Assembly: GCA_046582655.1 (NCBI GenBank)
Contig: JAYGDX010000171.1
Location: 32,974-96,973 of the forward strand
Reading direction: 5' to 3'
DNA: 64,000 bases
Source of the DNA: Candidatus Poribacteria bacterium
Lineage (GTDB): Bacteria > Poribacteria > WGA-4E > UBA9662
Shown: positions 17,920 to 28,222 of the stretch, piece after piece
How the letters are laid out: each line of letters begins with the position of its first letter
Position numbering within the stretch: the first letter of the stretch is position 1
Notes under the pieces: model-generated
The model's input: only the letters and a program-made list of their open reading frames with translations
The model's database searches: none
Told to the model about the DNA's origin: nothing
Made by a program: the position numbers and the translations under genes

Positions 17920-20243
17920 ATTCGATTCAGAATTTGCGTGCCGTTGATGTTGATTGCAAGTTCATAATTCTCTTTCAGGTATCGGGCAATAATTGGATGT
18001 CGTTGTTCGCTAGGAATACCATCAATGTTATCAAACCAGCCACCGGTTTTGAAAATTACTAGGTTTGTTTTATCATTTTTCAAATCATTAATGACTTCCG
18101 TTTGCATATCAGGTGTTGATGCGTAGGCTACCTGGTGATACCGTGTTGCACTTGGGCGATTAGCAAAAAAGTAGTAAGCACCTTGGCTGGTAAAGTCAAA
18201 GATCTTCTCGTTAGGCTGTGTCTTATTTTGAATATAGGTAACGACACGAGCAACGTGTTCTGCTTGGTCAGTTGGTATGTTTTCTCTGCCCACTCTTTTC
18301 AGTATAAGATGTTCTTCCACCAATTTCGAGCTTCGGTTCATGAATTGATGCACTCGTGATTTAAAAGCATGCACTGGATGATGTACCTCTTGCAGATAGT
18401 AAGCCATGCCGGTGCTTAGAACACCGATGAGGATGGCTGCCCAGATTTGATCCGTTTTTTGACGGACAAGCTGGTCAATACCACGTTCGATGATAAGGAT
18501 ACCGATTACCCATAAAAATGTCGACCCGAAAATGAGATGCCCTCCATCAGACCGACCAAGTGCAGTACGAAAAAAAGTCGCTCCGCCAAGAAGTGTAAGA
18601 AGAAGTCGGATGCAACCGTCACTATTCCAAAATCCACCACGAATTAATCGGTATGCCAAGTAACTGGCAGTCACCACGAAGATGGCGATAGGAAGGTACC
18701 ACCGGAACCCTTCACTTTTTATGAAAACCATCCATTGATTTTGAACCGCAGGATCGTTTAACGGTTTCAGTATGCTTGATAGTGATGGAAACCGTAATCC
18801 CCAAGTTGGGACTTGGTATCGGCACTGAATCCAGATGTTGATAACTAAATCGTCTAGCGCACCATGCAAAATGAAATAGGTTAAAACCGGTAAGCTTCCG
18901 ATTAAGACACCACTGCCGTAACATCCCAGTGGCAATAGCTGTTTTCGTTTGGAGGGCTCTCGTCGAACTCCGTAGAGAAAAAGGAAGATGCTGGTTGATC
19001 CAAGCGTATACAGTCCGATTTCAGTGCTGTACCAAAAGGCCAGATTAGCAAAAAAACCCGCTGTGATCAATTTCCAGCCGAAAGCCACACTGTACGTGAA
19101 CGTTTCTTTCAGCTTTTGGCGAACCCTGTTTCCTAGAGTTCGAGCTGAATGAGGCCAAGGAAATGATGCGGAAGTGTTTAATAGGTTCCAACCAGCGTAT
19201 AATCCATCGTCGTGATGGGTTTTTAAGTAATTGGCAACCCAAGCAAAACTGATTAAAGCGAGACTGTGTCGAGCCGTTACCCCATTTCCTTCTGATGCCA
19301 TGATTAGGGTCAGTAGAATAGACGGAATGGTGCCGAAACGAAAAAGCTGTGTGCCGAGCAAGTAAATTGCAACATACCCAAATGGTTCTAAAAGGTGCGA
19401 CATTTTTCGGACACCTTCAAGAGAAACCCCAAAGATTTTGCTGCCTAACCAGGCGAGCCCCGCATTCTGAAATAGTCCATGTTGTAGATAGATATCTCGA
19501 AATGGTAAACCACCGTGCATCATCTCGTTCAGTGGTGCCAATCGTTCACCTTCGTGAAATAGATCAATTGTTGAAGAACCATGTCCGGAATAAATCAGTG
19601 AATAGATCAGGGTTGGTAGGATGAGGAATTTGCAGATTCGAAATACTGGATGATTAAACCTACGTTTCTCAACAATATGCCTGTAGATTTGTTGTTGCTT
19701 GGTTGCTTCAACTGGGAGAGTCGGTGTTGATCTATTTCTTCCTTTAATGTGCCATCCAATAATTCCGATTTTAGTAATAAATACCAATGCCATCGGTAGG
19801 ACCAATCCAAACAGTGGATTTCGGTGGAGATCCCAGATGCGGTACCATGTTAATAGCAAAAAGGAGGAAGCAAGAGCATTCCGTCTCAGCAACAAAACTG
19901 TTGGCTGGCGTACCCATTTGGCAACAACCTGAGAAAAGATGACCCAGCAGAACGTGTAAATAAGGGTTGTTGTCGGAATACCAATCAGTGCCAGCAGATA
20001 ATAGAAAAGTTCCTGATGCTTTGGGTAGTTGTTAACGCCAACCCAGCCAATGACTTCTGATGTATGCGGTTGAAAAAGGAGAAACTTGTGAATCCAGAAG
20101 CCAAAGGCAGTGGCAAGTGAAAACGCTGAAGCGACGACTAAGGCATGATACAGTCGAACGTTGGGCTCTTGTATCTGTTTGAGATTGACATATAGAAAAG
20201 ATTTCCGGCCCATTTGAAAGGTGATTAGTTTGTTAGCTTTCAA
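17916..20243 (-). CDS. Polytopic membrane protein, possibly GT-C-like glycosyltransferase
   Basis: Many TM helices; DLFHEGE, PFRDIYLQHG and GRSDGGH motifs; C-terminal YIQNKT....IF...YYFFANR domain. Start codon uncertain. Confidence 0.6.
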   Translation of the reverse strand: MKANKLITFQMGRKSFLYVNLKQIQEPNVRLYHALVVASAFSLATAFGFWIHKFLLFQPHTSEVIGWVGVNNYPKHQELFYYLLALIGIPTTTLIYTFCWVIFSQVVAKWVRQPTVLLLRRNALASSFLLLTWYRIWDLHRNPLFGLVLPMALVFITKIGIIGWHIKGRNRSTPTLPVEATKQQQIYRHIVEKRRFNHPVFRICKFLILPTLIYSLIYSGHGSSTIDLFHEGERLAPLNEMMHGGLPFRDIYLQHGLFQNAGLAWLGSKIFGVSLEGVRKMSHLLEPFGYVAIYLLGTQLFRFGTIPSILLTLIMASEGNGVTARHSLALISFAWVANYLKTHHDDGLYAGWNLLNTSASFPWPHSARTLGNRVRQKLKETFTYSVAFGWKLITAGFFANLAFWYSTEIGLYTLGSTSIFLFLYGVRREPSKRKQLLPLGCYGSGVLIGSLPVLTYFILHGALDDLVINIWIQCRYQVPTWGLRFPSLSSILKPLNDPAVQNQWMVFIKSEGFRWYLPIAIFVVTASYLAYRLIRGGFWNSDGCIRLLLTLLGGATFFRTALGRSDGGHLIFGSTFLWVIGILIIERGIDQLVRQKTDQIWAAILIGVLSTGMAYYLQEVHHPVHAFKSRVHQFMNRSSKLVEEHLILKRVGRENIPTDQAEHVARVVTYIQNKTQPNEKIFDFTSQGAYYFFANRPSATRYHQVAYASTPDMQTEVINDLKNDKTNLVIFKTGGWFDNIDGIPSEQRHPIIARYLKENYELAININGTQILNRM

Positions 20244-21045
20244 CGACGGCTTTCATTTTGTCCAAACCGATTTTCGCTACTTCAAGCGGATCCTGTTCCC
20301 AGTAGTTTGGATTGAATAGCTCCAGAGAGATGACACCACTATATCCGGAAGAACGCAGGATTGAGATCATCTGTCCCAGATCAAGGATACCGTCACCTGG
20401 ATAGACACGATCCGCATCGGTTTGTGTCTCTCGTGCGGGCGAAGCCGGAGCGTCGTTAAAATGGAAGACTGCTATTTTTTCAGCCGGGATTCCCTGAATG
20501 TCTTCGGTCTCTCCGCCGCCACGAAAGATATGGAATGGATCTAGTACGATCGTACTGTCAGGATGATTCGCCCTTTCGATGATCTGCCAGGCGTCTTTAA
20601 CTTGATTTACGCCTTGGACAAAGCCGAGAAATTCCATGGCTGGCGATATACCGAGTTTTCGTCCAATTTCAAGTAGTTCCCGATAATTTTTCCCACCGAG
20701 TTCTAGGTCCGCTTCCTCCATTGGGGGACTGGCAACAATCCGTTGGGATCCGATAGCGATTGCTTGATTCATGCGGCGTTTGGTTTCCTCAATAGCCTGC
20801 ACGTGTTCGTACCCAGTTGTGTTTAACCATCCGTGCAGGGCGATAACTGTTGGTACAGTTAGACCGTGATCTCCTAGTGCTGATTTAACATCGGACAACG
20901 AACCTCCATCCTCTTCGTATGCCGTTAGATCATCGTTCCATAACTCTATTGCCTCATAACCAGCTGAGGCGGCAACTTTAATCTTATCCATTAGCCCAGA
21001 AGGGCGAATAGTACTCGTGTTTAAACCAAGTTTAAATTGATTCAT
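20233..21045 (-). CDS. Sugar phosphate isomerase/epimerase (xylose isomerase-like TIM barrel)
   Basis: GYEAIELW, AMEFLG, LDPFH, HFND, PGDG and SLELF motifs. Confidence 0.9.
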   Translation of the reverse strand: MNQFKLGLNTSTIRPSGLMDKIKVAASAGYEAIELWNDDLTAYEEDGGSLSDVKSALGDHGLTVPTVIALHGWLNTTGYEHVQAIEETKRRMNQAIAIGSQRIVASPPMEEADLELGGKNYRELLEIGRKLGISPAMEFLGFVQGVNQVKDAWQIIERANHPDSTIVLDPFHIFRGGGETEDIQGIPAEKIAVFHFNDAPASPARETQTDADRVYPGDGILDLGQMISILRSSGYSGVISLELFNPNYWEQDPLEVAKIGLDKMKAVVES

Positions 21046-21240
21046 TAAATTTCTCCTGATTGCTTCTTTCCCTTTAGGGGTTTTATGAAGTTCGAGGGGG
21101 TCGTTTCGGCAGATGATGCCAATTTGTCATTCCGTCTCTGTTTTCAGTTTGGGCCTAGAAAAATTGCTAAACTAATTATAACACCGCCGCAATTTTTTTT
21201 CTATTTCTAGAATTCTCAAGTTGAAGTTGAATAAATTAAC

Positions 21241-21270
21241 TTGATTCGATTTTAAGTCAGTAGGTATAAT
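21241..21270 (+). promoter_or_regulatory. Sigma70-type promoter
   Basis: TTGATT-N18-TATAAT upstream of the Gfo/Idh/MocA gene. Confidence 0.5.
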
Positions 21271-21350
21271 GTGATTTATATCGTTTTTTTGCGGGCACAA
21301 TCAAAATTCTATAAGCAAGAACGTACATCAAATCAGGAGATTTGATCAAA

Positions 21351-22481
21351 ATGAGTAAGAACGACAAGATTCGGGTTGGCGTCATTGGACCGGGAGGTGC
21401 TGGTCGCGGAAACACACTCGCATTTGCAACTCGTGATGACGTTGATATGGTTGCTGCAGCCGATACAAGTGAGGATAGCCTCAATGCATTGGAAAACTCA
21501 ATGCGAGAGCAAATTGAAGGTTATAAAGAAGACAGTTTCAAACGTTACCTTGGCGATTATGAATTTATTGAGATGTTAAATAAAGAAGACCTTGATATTG
21601 TTGGTATTTTCTCTCCACATTCCCTGCATGATCTGAATATTCGCTATGCTTTGCGGGCAGGTTGCAGTGTAATGGTTGAGAAGCCTATGGCGAACCATGT
21701 TGGAGATGCAATTGCTGTTACAAGGATGGCTATGGGACGAGGTCTTCACCTGGTTATAGGCTATCAGCGTCATTATTCCAATACGTATTTAACTGGTAGA
21801 AAAGCAATTTCGGATGGGCTGATTGGTGATATCGAGAAATTTGATGTCTATTTGGCACAACGGTGGGGAGCCGGCGGATGGCGCGGCGACCCTAGGTTTT
21901 CCGGTGGTGGGCAACCCAATGATTCAGGAAGTCACCTGCAAGATATTTTTTTGTGGATGACGGGATTTTTACCGAAAAAACTGCATGGAACCACAGACAT
22001 GGTATTTGAAGATGATGAGGGGAACGTAATACCGAAATTTGTTGAGATTAATTCCGATTCTGAAGTAACTATGGATAATGGTGCAGTTGGTCGCATAAAG
22101 ATTGTTGGTAATACTGACGTTGGATTTGAAGAGTGGGTTGTTCTCGAAGGTGATGAAGGCAAACTCGAAATAAAAAGTGGCGTTCACTACACTTCAAAAG
22201 GTGGGGAAACTCAGGAACTCCTATATGATCGTCCGGAAGGTTATCCGGAAAGTAAGGTTGATCAGATCGTCGGATTGGTCAAAGGTGACTATGATGCAAA
22301 CTATACTTCGGGGATTAATGGTATTCGTACTGCTTGGTTGACCAACTCAATAATTGAAGCTGGTAAAGGAGTGGATGAATGGAATACAGTGGATTGCGAT
22401 TTACTGGTTGAACGGGAAGGTTATGACCGACAATATGTGCATAATCTTATTAAAGAATGCGAAAACAAGAACATGTATTAG
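21351..22481 (+). CDS. Gfo/Idh/MocA family oxidoreductase
   Basis: VGVIGPGG, EKPM and GGG..NDSGSH motifs; SD AGGAGA 10 nt before ATG 21351. Confidence 0.9.
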   Translation: MSKNDKIRVGVIGPGGAGRGNTLAFATRDDVDMVAAADTSEDSLNALENSMREQIEGYKEDSFKRYLGDYEFIEMLNKEDLDIVGIFSPHSLHDLNIRYALRAGCSVMVEKPMANHVGDAIAVTRMAMGRGLHLVIGYQRHYSNTYLTGRKAISDGLIGDIEKFDVYLAQRWGAGGWRGDPRFSGGGQPNDSGSHLQDIFLWMTGFLPKKLHGTTDMVFEDDEGNVIPKFVEINSDSEVTMDNGAVGRIKIVGNTDVGFEEWVVLEGDEGKLEIKSGVHYTSKGGETQELLYDRPEGYPESKVDQIVGLVKGDYDANYTSGINGIRTAWLTNSIIEAGKGVDEWNTVDCDLLVEREGYDRQYVHNLIKECENKNMY

Positions 22482-22501
22482 AACAGAAGATGGAAAAAAT
22501 T

Positions 22502-24430
22502 ATGAAAATACCAAAACTGGTTATGGTTATGGTAGTAGCTTTTGTCATTTTGTATGGATGTTTATCAACTTCTGGTGGGCTGGGGCAGGCTGAAAAATTT
22601 ATTGCAGAAAAAGACTATCAGGGTGCAGTAGACACCTATAACGAGATTATTCAATCCCAACTTAGTAGTGATCAGGGGCGAAAAGCTCAACTCGGTTTGG
22701 CTAAGCTTTATATCGAAAAAATGGATCTTCCGGAACAAGGTATTGAAATCTATCAAAACCTGACTGAAGCTGCACCAGAAAGCCCAGAAGCTGCAGAAGC
22801 CCATTATAAATGTGGAATCTGCAACTATAAAGCTGAGAAGTATGGGGAAGCTGCGAAGTCTTTTAACGTTGTCATAAACAAATTTCCAAATCTTGAGTGG
22901 GCTAATAATGCTCAATTGATGTTGGCCAAGAGTTACGAGAAAGCTCAGAATTTCGAAAAAGCTGCTGAAATCTATGACAATTTCGCCAATCGCAATCCGA
23001 AAAATGAGCGTGCTGCAACAGCGCTTATAAATAAAGCTCGGATTGAAAGAAACTACCTGAAAAATACTGAAGAGGCAACAAATACTTACCAACGAGTGGT
23101 AAGGAAATATGGGTTATTGGAAGAAGCAAGTAATCAATTGAGCGAGGCAACAAAAGAACTGGAAGCACTCGGCGCAGTTGTTCCTGAACCCGATAATCCG
23201 TTAGCATCCAGAGCGGGGCGTGCCTTACAAAAACAGCGTGACCGACTTGAAAGAGATCGACCACGAAACACATCTGGCCGAAGTCCTGCTATGGGCAATG
23301 TAAGAGAGTTGGTACAAAACTCTGGTTTTGGTGTTAGTGCAGGGGAAGTGATGTCTACTTTTGGTTCAATTCAGACCGATGAACAGGGGACTTTTCATGA
23401 TGCTATGCTAATGATTGCTAACATGACATACCAAGAAGAAAACTATCGTGATGCTGGGGCACTCTATTTTCGTGCCATAAGCCTTGCTAAAGCTGATGAT
23501 GCCAAAATTGATCCCTATTCTCACGTAAAGCTTTCAATTTGCTATCGAAAACTCGGCATGCATACGCGTGCCGATGAAGTGTTGCAGCAAGCCCTGAGAA
23601 AGGACAGAGAAGTTCTGGACGTTATTATCCGGTCCGGACAAAGTCAATACATAAATGAAGAGTATGAAAAAGCGGCTGAAACCTATAAATCGGTTCTGGG
23701 ATTTAACCGTAAAAAGGATCCTGAGATTTACTGGAAATTAAGTTTAATTCACAAAAAGACGAAAGAGCCTGAAAAAGAAATGGAATACCTTGAACGAGCA
23801 ATCGTCGGGGACATGGAGTATGTAGACGCGCTTCAAAGTTTAGCAGAAGTGTTGCATTACCGACTGGGCAATACTGAGAGAGCGGGATTCTACCAAGATT
23901 TAGTGGATGGAAAAGGTAATACCTATGAAGTCCAGAGAGAGCTTGGAAATTTGTGTTATAAATACGCCAGTTACTCACGCGCGAAAACTAAGTATCGTAT
24001 TGCCGCACGCAATGTGATGCGAGAGCTTGAGAAAGTAAAGGGAGAAGCTGAAAAGCGGTCTTTAACTAATTTGTACCTTGAGTCACTGGTTCATGTCAGT
24101 ATGTCAGACTATAAGTTCGGGAAAGAAGAAGAGGCTGTTAAAACAATCGAGGGACTAGCTGAAGACTATCCGGATCATGCTCTAATCGACTATGGTCGAG
24201 GACAGGTTGCCTTGTTGAAAGAAGATACGGAAGCTGCAATTGGGCTTTTTAATTCTTCAATTGAAAAAGATCCGAGGTCTGATGCGGCTCCAACTGTACT
24301 TGGGAATTACTATATGTCGGTTGATAAAACCAACGAAGCAATTGCAGTGTGGGAGCATTTCCTACAAAACAATCGTTACCATAAGAAGCTTCGTAAACGT
24401 CTTAATCAGGCCAAGAAACTAGTCGAATGA
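22502..24430 (+). CDS. Tetratricopeptide-repeat lipoprotein
   Basis: Lipobox ILYGC and many TPR-like helix pairs (AEAHYKCG, AQLMLAKSY). Start may instead be 22490. Confidence 0.82.
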   Translation: MKIPKLVMVMVVAFVILYGCLSTSGGLGQAEKFIAEKDYQGAVDTYNEIIQSQLSSDQGRKAQLGLAKLYIEKMDLPEQGIEIYQNLTEAAPESPEAAEAHYKCGICNYKAEKYGEAAKSFNVVINKFPNLEWANNAQLMLAKSYEKAQNFEKAAEIYDNFANRNPKNERAATALINKARIERNYLKNTEEATNTYQRVVRKYGLLEEASNQLSEATKELEALGAVVPEPDNPLASRAGRALQKQRDRLERDRPRNTSGRSPAMGNVRELVQNSGFGVSAGEVMSTFGSIQTDEQGTFHDAMLMIANMTYQEENYRDAGALYFRAISLAKADDAKIDPYSHVKLSICYRKLGMHTRADEVLQQALRKDREVLDVIIRSGQSQYINEEYEKAAETYKSVLGFNRKKDPEIYWKLSLIHKKTKEPEKEMEYLERAIVGDMEYVDALQSLAEVLHYRLGNTERAGFYQDLVDGKGNTYEVQRELGNLCYKYASYSRAKTKYRIAARNVMRELEKVKGEAEKRSLTNLYLESLVHVSMSDYKFGKEEEAVKTIEGLAEDYPDHALIDYGRGQVALLKEDTEAAIGLFNSSIEKDPRSDAAPTVLGNYYMSVDKTNEAIAVWEHFLQNNRYHKKLRKRLNQAKKLVE

Positions 24431-24451
24431 ACCAACACAATGGATTTTGGA

Positions 24452-25219
24452 TCAAAAGTTTAAGGTGTAGTTAACAGCGTTTCGAAAAATTGCCAGTCCA
24501 TCCCCTTCTTCCGGTAAATTTTCACGTGTCCAGCGAGGGTGATTATGCCGGATAAGGTAACGTTCTGGGTGAGGCATCATTCCTAAGATCCTTCCAGTGG
24601 GATCACAGACACCAGCAATATTTCGATGAGATCCATTTGGATTGTTCGGATAGCCTGACGGCATGTAACGGAAGACTATCTGACCGTTTGCTTCAAGCTG
24701 ATCTAGGATTGGATCCGAGGCGATAAATCGCCCTTCAGCGTGTGCGACGGGCAAGTAAATCTCATTTTTCAAACCCTCAGTGAAGACTGACATGTTTTTA
24801 TCTGTTTTCAGATTCACCCAACGACACTCAAATTTGGTTGATGTATTCATTGCCAGTGTTGCTTGCTGATCGATCTGCTGGGAGTTTATCCTAGGTAGAA
24901 GACCTGATCTAACCAATACTTGGAATCCGTTGCATATTCCAAGTATTAATCCTCCCCGGTCGACAAATTCCGTAACTTGGTCAATTAATTTGAACTTAAT
25001 CTCGTTGGCGAGCAGAATTCCGGCAGCGATGTCGTCACCATATGAAAATCCACCTGGAATTGCCATAATGTGGTAATCGATGAGGTAGATTTGATTATTG
25101 ATCAATTTGTTTATGTGAACTAGACTTGTGTCAGCACCCGCCAATTGAAAGGCGTAATCCGTTTCATAATCACAGTTTGTTCCTGCTGTACGGAGAATTA
25201 GGACTTTGGGTTTGGTCAT
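24452..25219 (-). CDS. purQ: FGAM synthase glutaminase subunit
   Basis: GTNCD, PGGFSYGD, GICNGFQ, AHAEG and MMPHPER motifs. Confidence 0.96.
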   Translation of the reverse strand: MTKPKVLILRTAGTNCDYETDYAFQLAGADTSLVHINKLINNQIYLIDYHIMAIPGGFSYGDDIAAGILLANEIKFKLIDQVTEFVDRGGLILGICNGFQVLVRSGLLPRINSQQIDQQATLAMNTSTKFECRWVNLKTDKNMSVFTEGLKNEIYLPVAHAEGRFIASDPILDQLEANGQIVFRYMPSGYPNNPNGSHRNIAGVCDPTGRILGMMPHPERYLIRHNHPRWTRENLPEEGDGLAIFRNAVNYTLNF

Positions 25220-25250
25220 AGACCGTTGTCTTTCTCTTTTATTTTATGGT

Positions 25251-27638
25251 TTACCAGTTGAAGGTTCCTTGCCAGCTTGCTTTAAGTTGATCAATAGTTG
25301 TATCAACAACCTTTTGTCCAGTTTCTATCCCATCTATAGTAAATTCTTTTCCTTCGATTACCTGACCGATTACGCTGATTGGTACGCCGATCATCGCATT
25401 CTCAAATTCTTTCTGGCTCTTGGGAGCAATTTCAACGATAAATCGGCTGTTTGATTCTGAGAACAGAATTAAGTCATCAGCATTTGTCTGATCATTTCGT
25501 GGAACGTTGGATAAATCTAGATCCATTCCAAATCCTCCGGCGAATGCCATCTCCGCACTGGCTACGCCAATCCCTCCCTCGGAGCAGTCGTGGCATGATC
25601 TAATAAGTCGCTGGTCAATGGCATGATTCAAAGATTGAATCACCCGTTTTCCGATTTCAGGTCGAACTACTGGTACACTGTTCCCGACGAAATCGTGGAT
25701 GGCGTTATAGTGACTCCCCCCAATTTCATCGTAGGTTTTGCCAATAACGTAAATCAGATTCCCAGGCGATTTGGCATCCATGGTGATTGCTGTGTCCACG
25801 TTGTCAATAACACTGATCGCTGAGATAAGTAAAGTGCTGGGGATCGCTAATTGATCTCCGGTTGAAGTATCACGGTATTCGTTATACAGACTATCCTTAC
25901 CGGAAATAAATGGGGTGCCATAAGCCAATGCGATATCATAACATGCCTGTGCTGCACGAACGAGCCCACCTAACCGATCCGGTTTGTCAGGGTTGCCCCA
26001 ACTGAAATTGTCCAGAAGTGCGACCCGATCAAAACGTCCACCGACCGCAATCACATTCCGAATTGCTTCATCAATAGCGGAAGCGGCCATATGATATGGA
26101 TCAATATCTCCGAAAAGGGGATTGATGCCGTTTGCTATCACGACTCCTTTCTTTGAACCGAGCACCGGCAACGTCACGCAAGCGTCACTCGGACCATCAT
26201 TTTCAATTCCGACCAGAGGCTTAATCGTCATGCCTCCTTGTACCTCGTGATCATATTGCCGTATCACCCATTCTTTACTGGCAACATTCGGGCTGGCGAG
26301 GATTTGGTGGAGGGGGTCGGTCAGATTCGTAGATCTCTCGAAATCAGGATCAGGATGTAAAGGCTTTGTCCAAACTGCCCGTTTGGTAATTCGGGGGATT
26401 CCGTGGTGCAGAAAGTCCATATCGAGATCCGCCAGAATGTGACCTTGGTAATGGATGTGCAGTTTTTTGGTGTCGGTGAATTTCCCCAGAACAGTAACCT
26501 CCACAGACTCTGCTTGGCAGATTTCAAGGAATGTATCAAGATTATGTGGAGGAACAGCAATCACCATTCGTTCTTGTGCTTCCGACAGCCAGATCTCCCA
26601 AGGGGCTAGTCCTTCATACTTCAACGAGACATCGTCTAAATAAACCTCGGCTCCGCAATCCGCTCCCATTTCACCGATGGCTGAGGAGAATCCACCGGCT
26701 CCGCAATCCGTAATGCAATTGTACAGGTTCAGATCCCGCGCCTGAATTAAGACGTCAGTAATTTTTTTCTCCACAATCGGATTGCCAATTTGGACGACGC
26801 TTCCAAGGTTTTCAGACGAATCATCAAGTTCAAGTGATGAAAACGTTGCGCCATGAATACCATCCCGACCAGTCCTCCCTCCAATAACAACGATTGCATC
26901 GCCGAGTGCAACTTTTTTTTGACACCGGTTTGCAGGAATAATACCGACATTTCCACAGTAAACAAGGGGATTACAGGTATACCGGTAATCAAAAAGGATT
27001 GCTCCGTTTGCTGTTGGAATTCCCATCCGGTTACCATAATCCCTGACGCCAGAGACGACACCTTTAAAAACGCGCTTGGGGTGAAGTGAGCCCTTGGGCA
27101 GTTGGTTATAGTCTAAATCCGGTAATCCAAGGCAGAAAACATTTGTGTTGAGAATCGGCTTTGCACCTAAACCGGTTCCCAGTGAGTCACGAATCACCCC
27201 CCCAATCCCCGTTCCCGCACCACCGTAGGGCTCAATCGCAGATGGATGGTTGTGGGTTTCGACTTTAAAAACGATGTTGTGCTGATCATCAAATTCAATA
27301 ATACCTGCGTTGTCTTCAAAAACGGATACACACCAACTTTTATTTAGTTCTTTGGTTGCTTGGATAATTGTTGTTTTAAGTAACCCGTTGATTGTAATAG
27401 GTTGCTGATCGTTTTCGATATACTCGATTAAACCACGAAAAGTTTTATGAACACAGTGCTCTGACCAAGTTTGTGCCAGGGTTTCGATTTCCACATCGGT
27501 CGGATCTCTACTAATTCCTGCAAAGTGCGATTGAATTGCTTGCATCTCTGTCAGGTTGAGTGACAGTAACCCATCCTGACTAATTCTTAATAGCTCTGTG
27601 TTATCGGCATTTTGAATAGGAATTCTTTTGAAATTCAT
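25251..27638 (-). CDS. purL: FGAM synthase synthetase subunit
   Basis: WSEHC, KVETHNHPS, DCGAGG, SGKDSLYN and FSESNSR motifs. Confidence 0.96.
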   Translation of the reverse strand: MNFKRIPIQNADNTELLRISQDGLLSLNLTEMQAIQSHFAGISRDPTDVEIETLAQTWSEHCVHKTFRGLIEYIENDQQPITINGLLKTTIIQATKELNKSWCVSVFEDNAGIIEFDDQHNIVFKVETHNHPSAIEPYGGAGTGIGGVIRDSLGTGLGAKPILNTNVFCLGLPDLDYNQLPKGSLHPKRVFKGVVSGVRDYGNRMGIPTANGAILFDYRYTCNPLVYCGNVGIIPANRCQKKVALGDAIVVIGGRTGRDGIHGATFSSLELDDSSENLGSVVQIGNPIVEKKITDVLIQARDLNLYNCITDCGAGGFSSAIGEMGADCGAEVYLDDVSLKYEGLAPWEIWLSEAQERMVIAVPPHNLDTFLEICQAESVEVTVLGKFTDTKKLHIHYQGHILADLDMDFLHHGIPRITKRAVWTKPLHPDPDFERSTNLTDPLHQILASPNVASKEWVIRQYDHEVQGGMTIKPLVGIENDGPSDACVTLPVLGSKKGVVIANGINPLFGDIDPYHMAASAIDEAIRNVIAVGGRFDRVALLDNFSWGNPDKPDRLGGLVRAAQACYDIALAYGTPFISGKDSLYNEYRDTSTGDQLAIPSTLLISAISVIDNVDTAITMDAKSPGNLIYVIGKTYDEIGGSHYNAIHDFVGNSVPVVRPEIGKRVIQSLNHAIDQRLIRSCHDCSEGGIGVASAEMAFAGGFGMDLDLSNVPRNDQTNADDLILFSESNSRFIVEIAPKSQKEFENAMIGVPISVIGQVIEGKEFTIDGIETGQKVVDTTIDQLKASWQGTFNW

Positions 27639-27691
27639 CTCAACTCTTGGTGCATAAGTTTATTTTCCTTACTAATATATCATATAATATT

Positions 27692-28222
27692 TTAGCTAAT
27701 TTCGCTCGGATCCAAAATTGCAACGTGCGGCAAGTTTCTGTGCTTTTGCGCATAATCTAGACCGTAACCAACAACAAAATGATCGTCAATTTCGAATCCA
27801 ACGTAGTCAATTTGAACAGGTTTTACTCTGCGGGATGATTTATTCAGCAGGCTGCAGACCTTGAGACTCGCCGGGGCTGTACGTTGAATTTCTTCGATTA
27901 GCAAAGTGAGACTAAGGCCAGTATCAATGATGTCTTCAACGATGATAATGTCGGTATCTTTAAAATTTGTTTTAAAATTGTGAACTAAATTGGTTTCTCC
28001 GGAAGATATTGATTTATTAGCATAACTTGAGATCTGGACAAACTCACAGATTACATCCAATGTGATAGCCCTCATAACGTCAGCGAAAAAAATAATGGAT
28101 CCTTTCAACACACAAACAAGGGTTGGTATTCGCGCATGATAATCTTGGGAGATCTCCATCCCGAGTTGACGAACACGATCTTGAATCTCGGATTCACTGA
28201 TTAAGATTTTCATAGGTGACAT
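27692..28222 (-). CDS. hpt: Hypoxanthine phosphoribosyltransferase
   Basis: VLKGS, IVEDIIDTG and FVVGYGLDY motifs. Confidence 0.95.
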   Translation of the reverse strand: MSPMKILISESEIQDRVRQLGMEISQDYHARIPTLVCVLKGSIIFFADVMRAITLDVICEFVQISSYANKSISSGETNLVHNFKTNFKDTDIIIVEDIIDTGLSLTLLIEEIQRTAPASLKVCSLLNKSSRRVKPVQIDYVGFEIDDHFVVGYGLDYAQKHRNLPHVAILDPSEIS

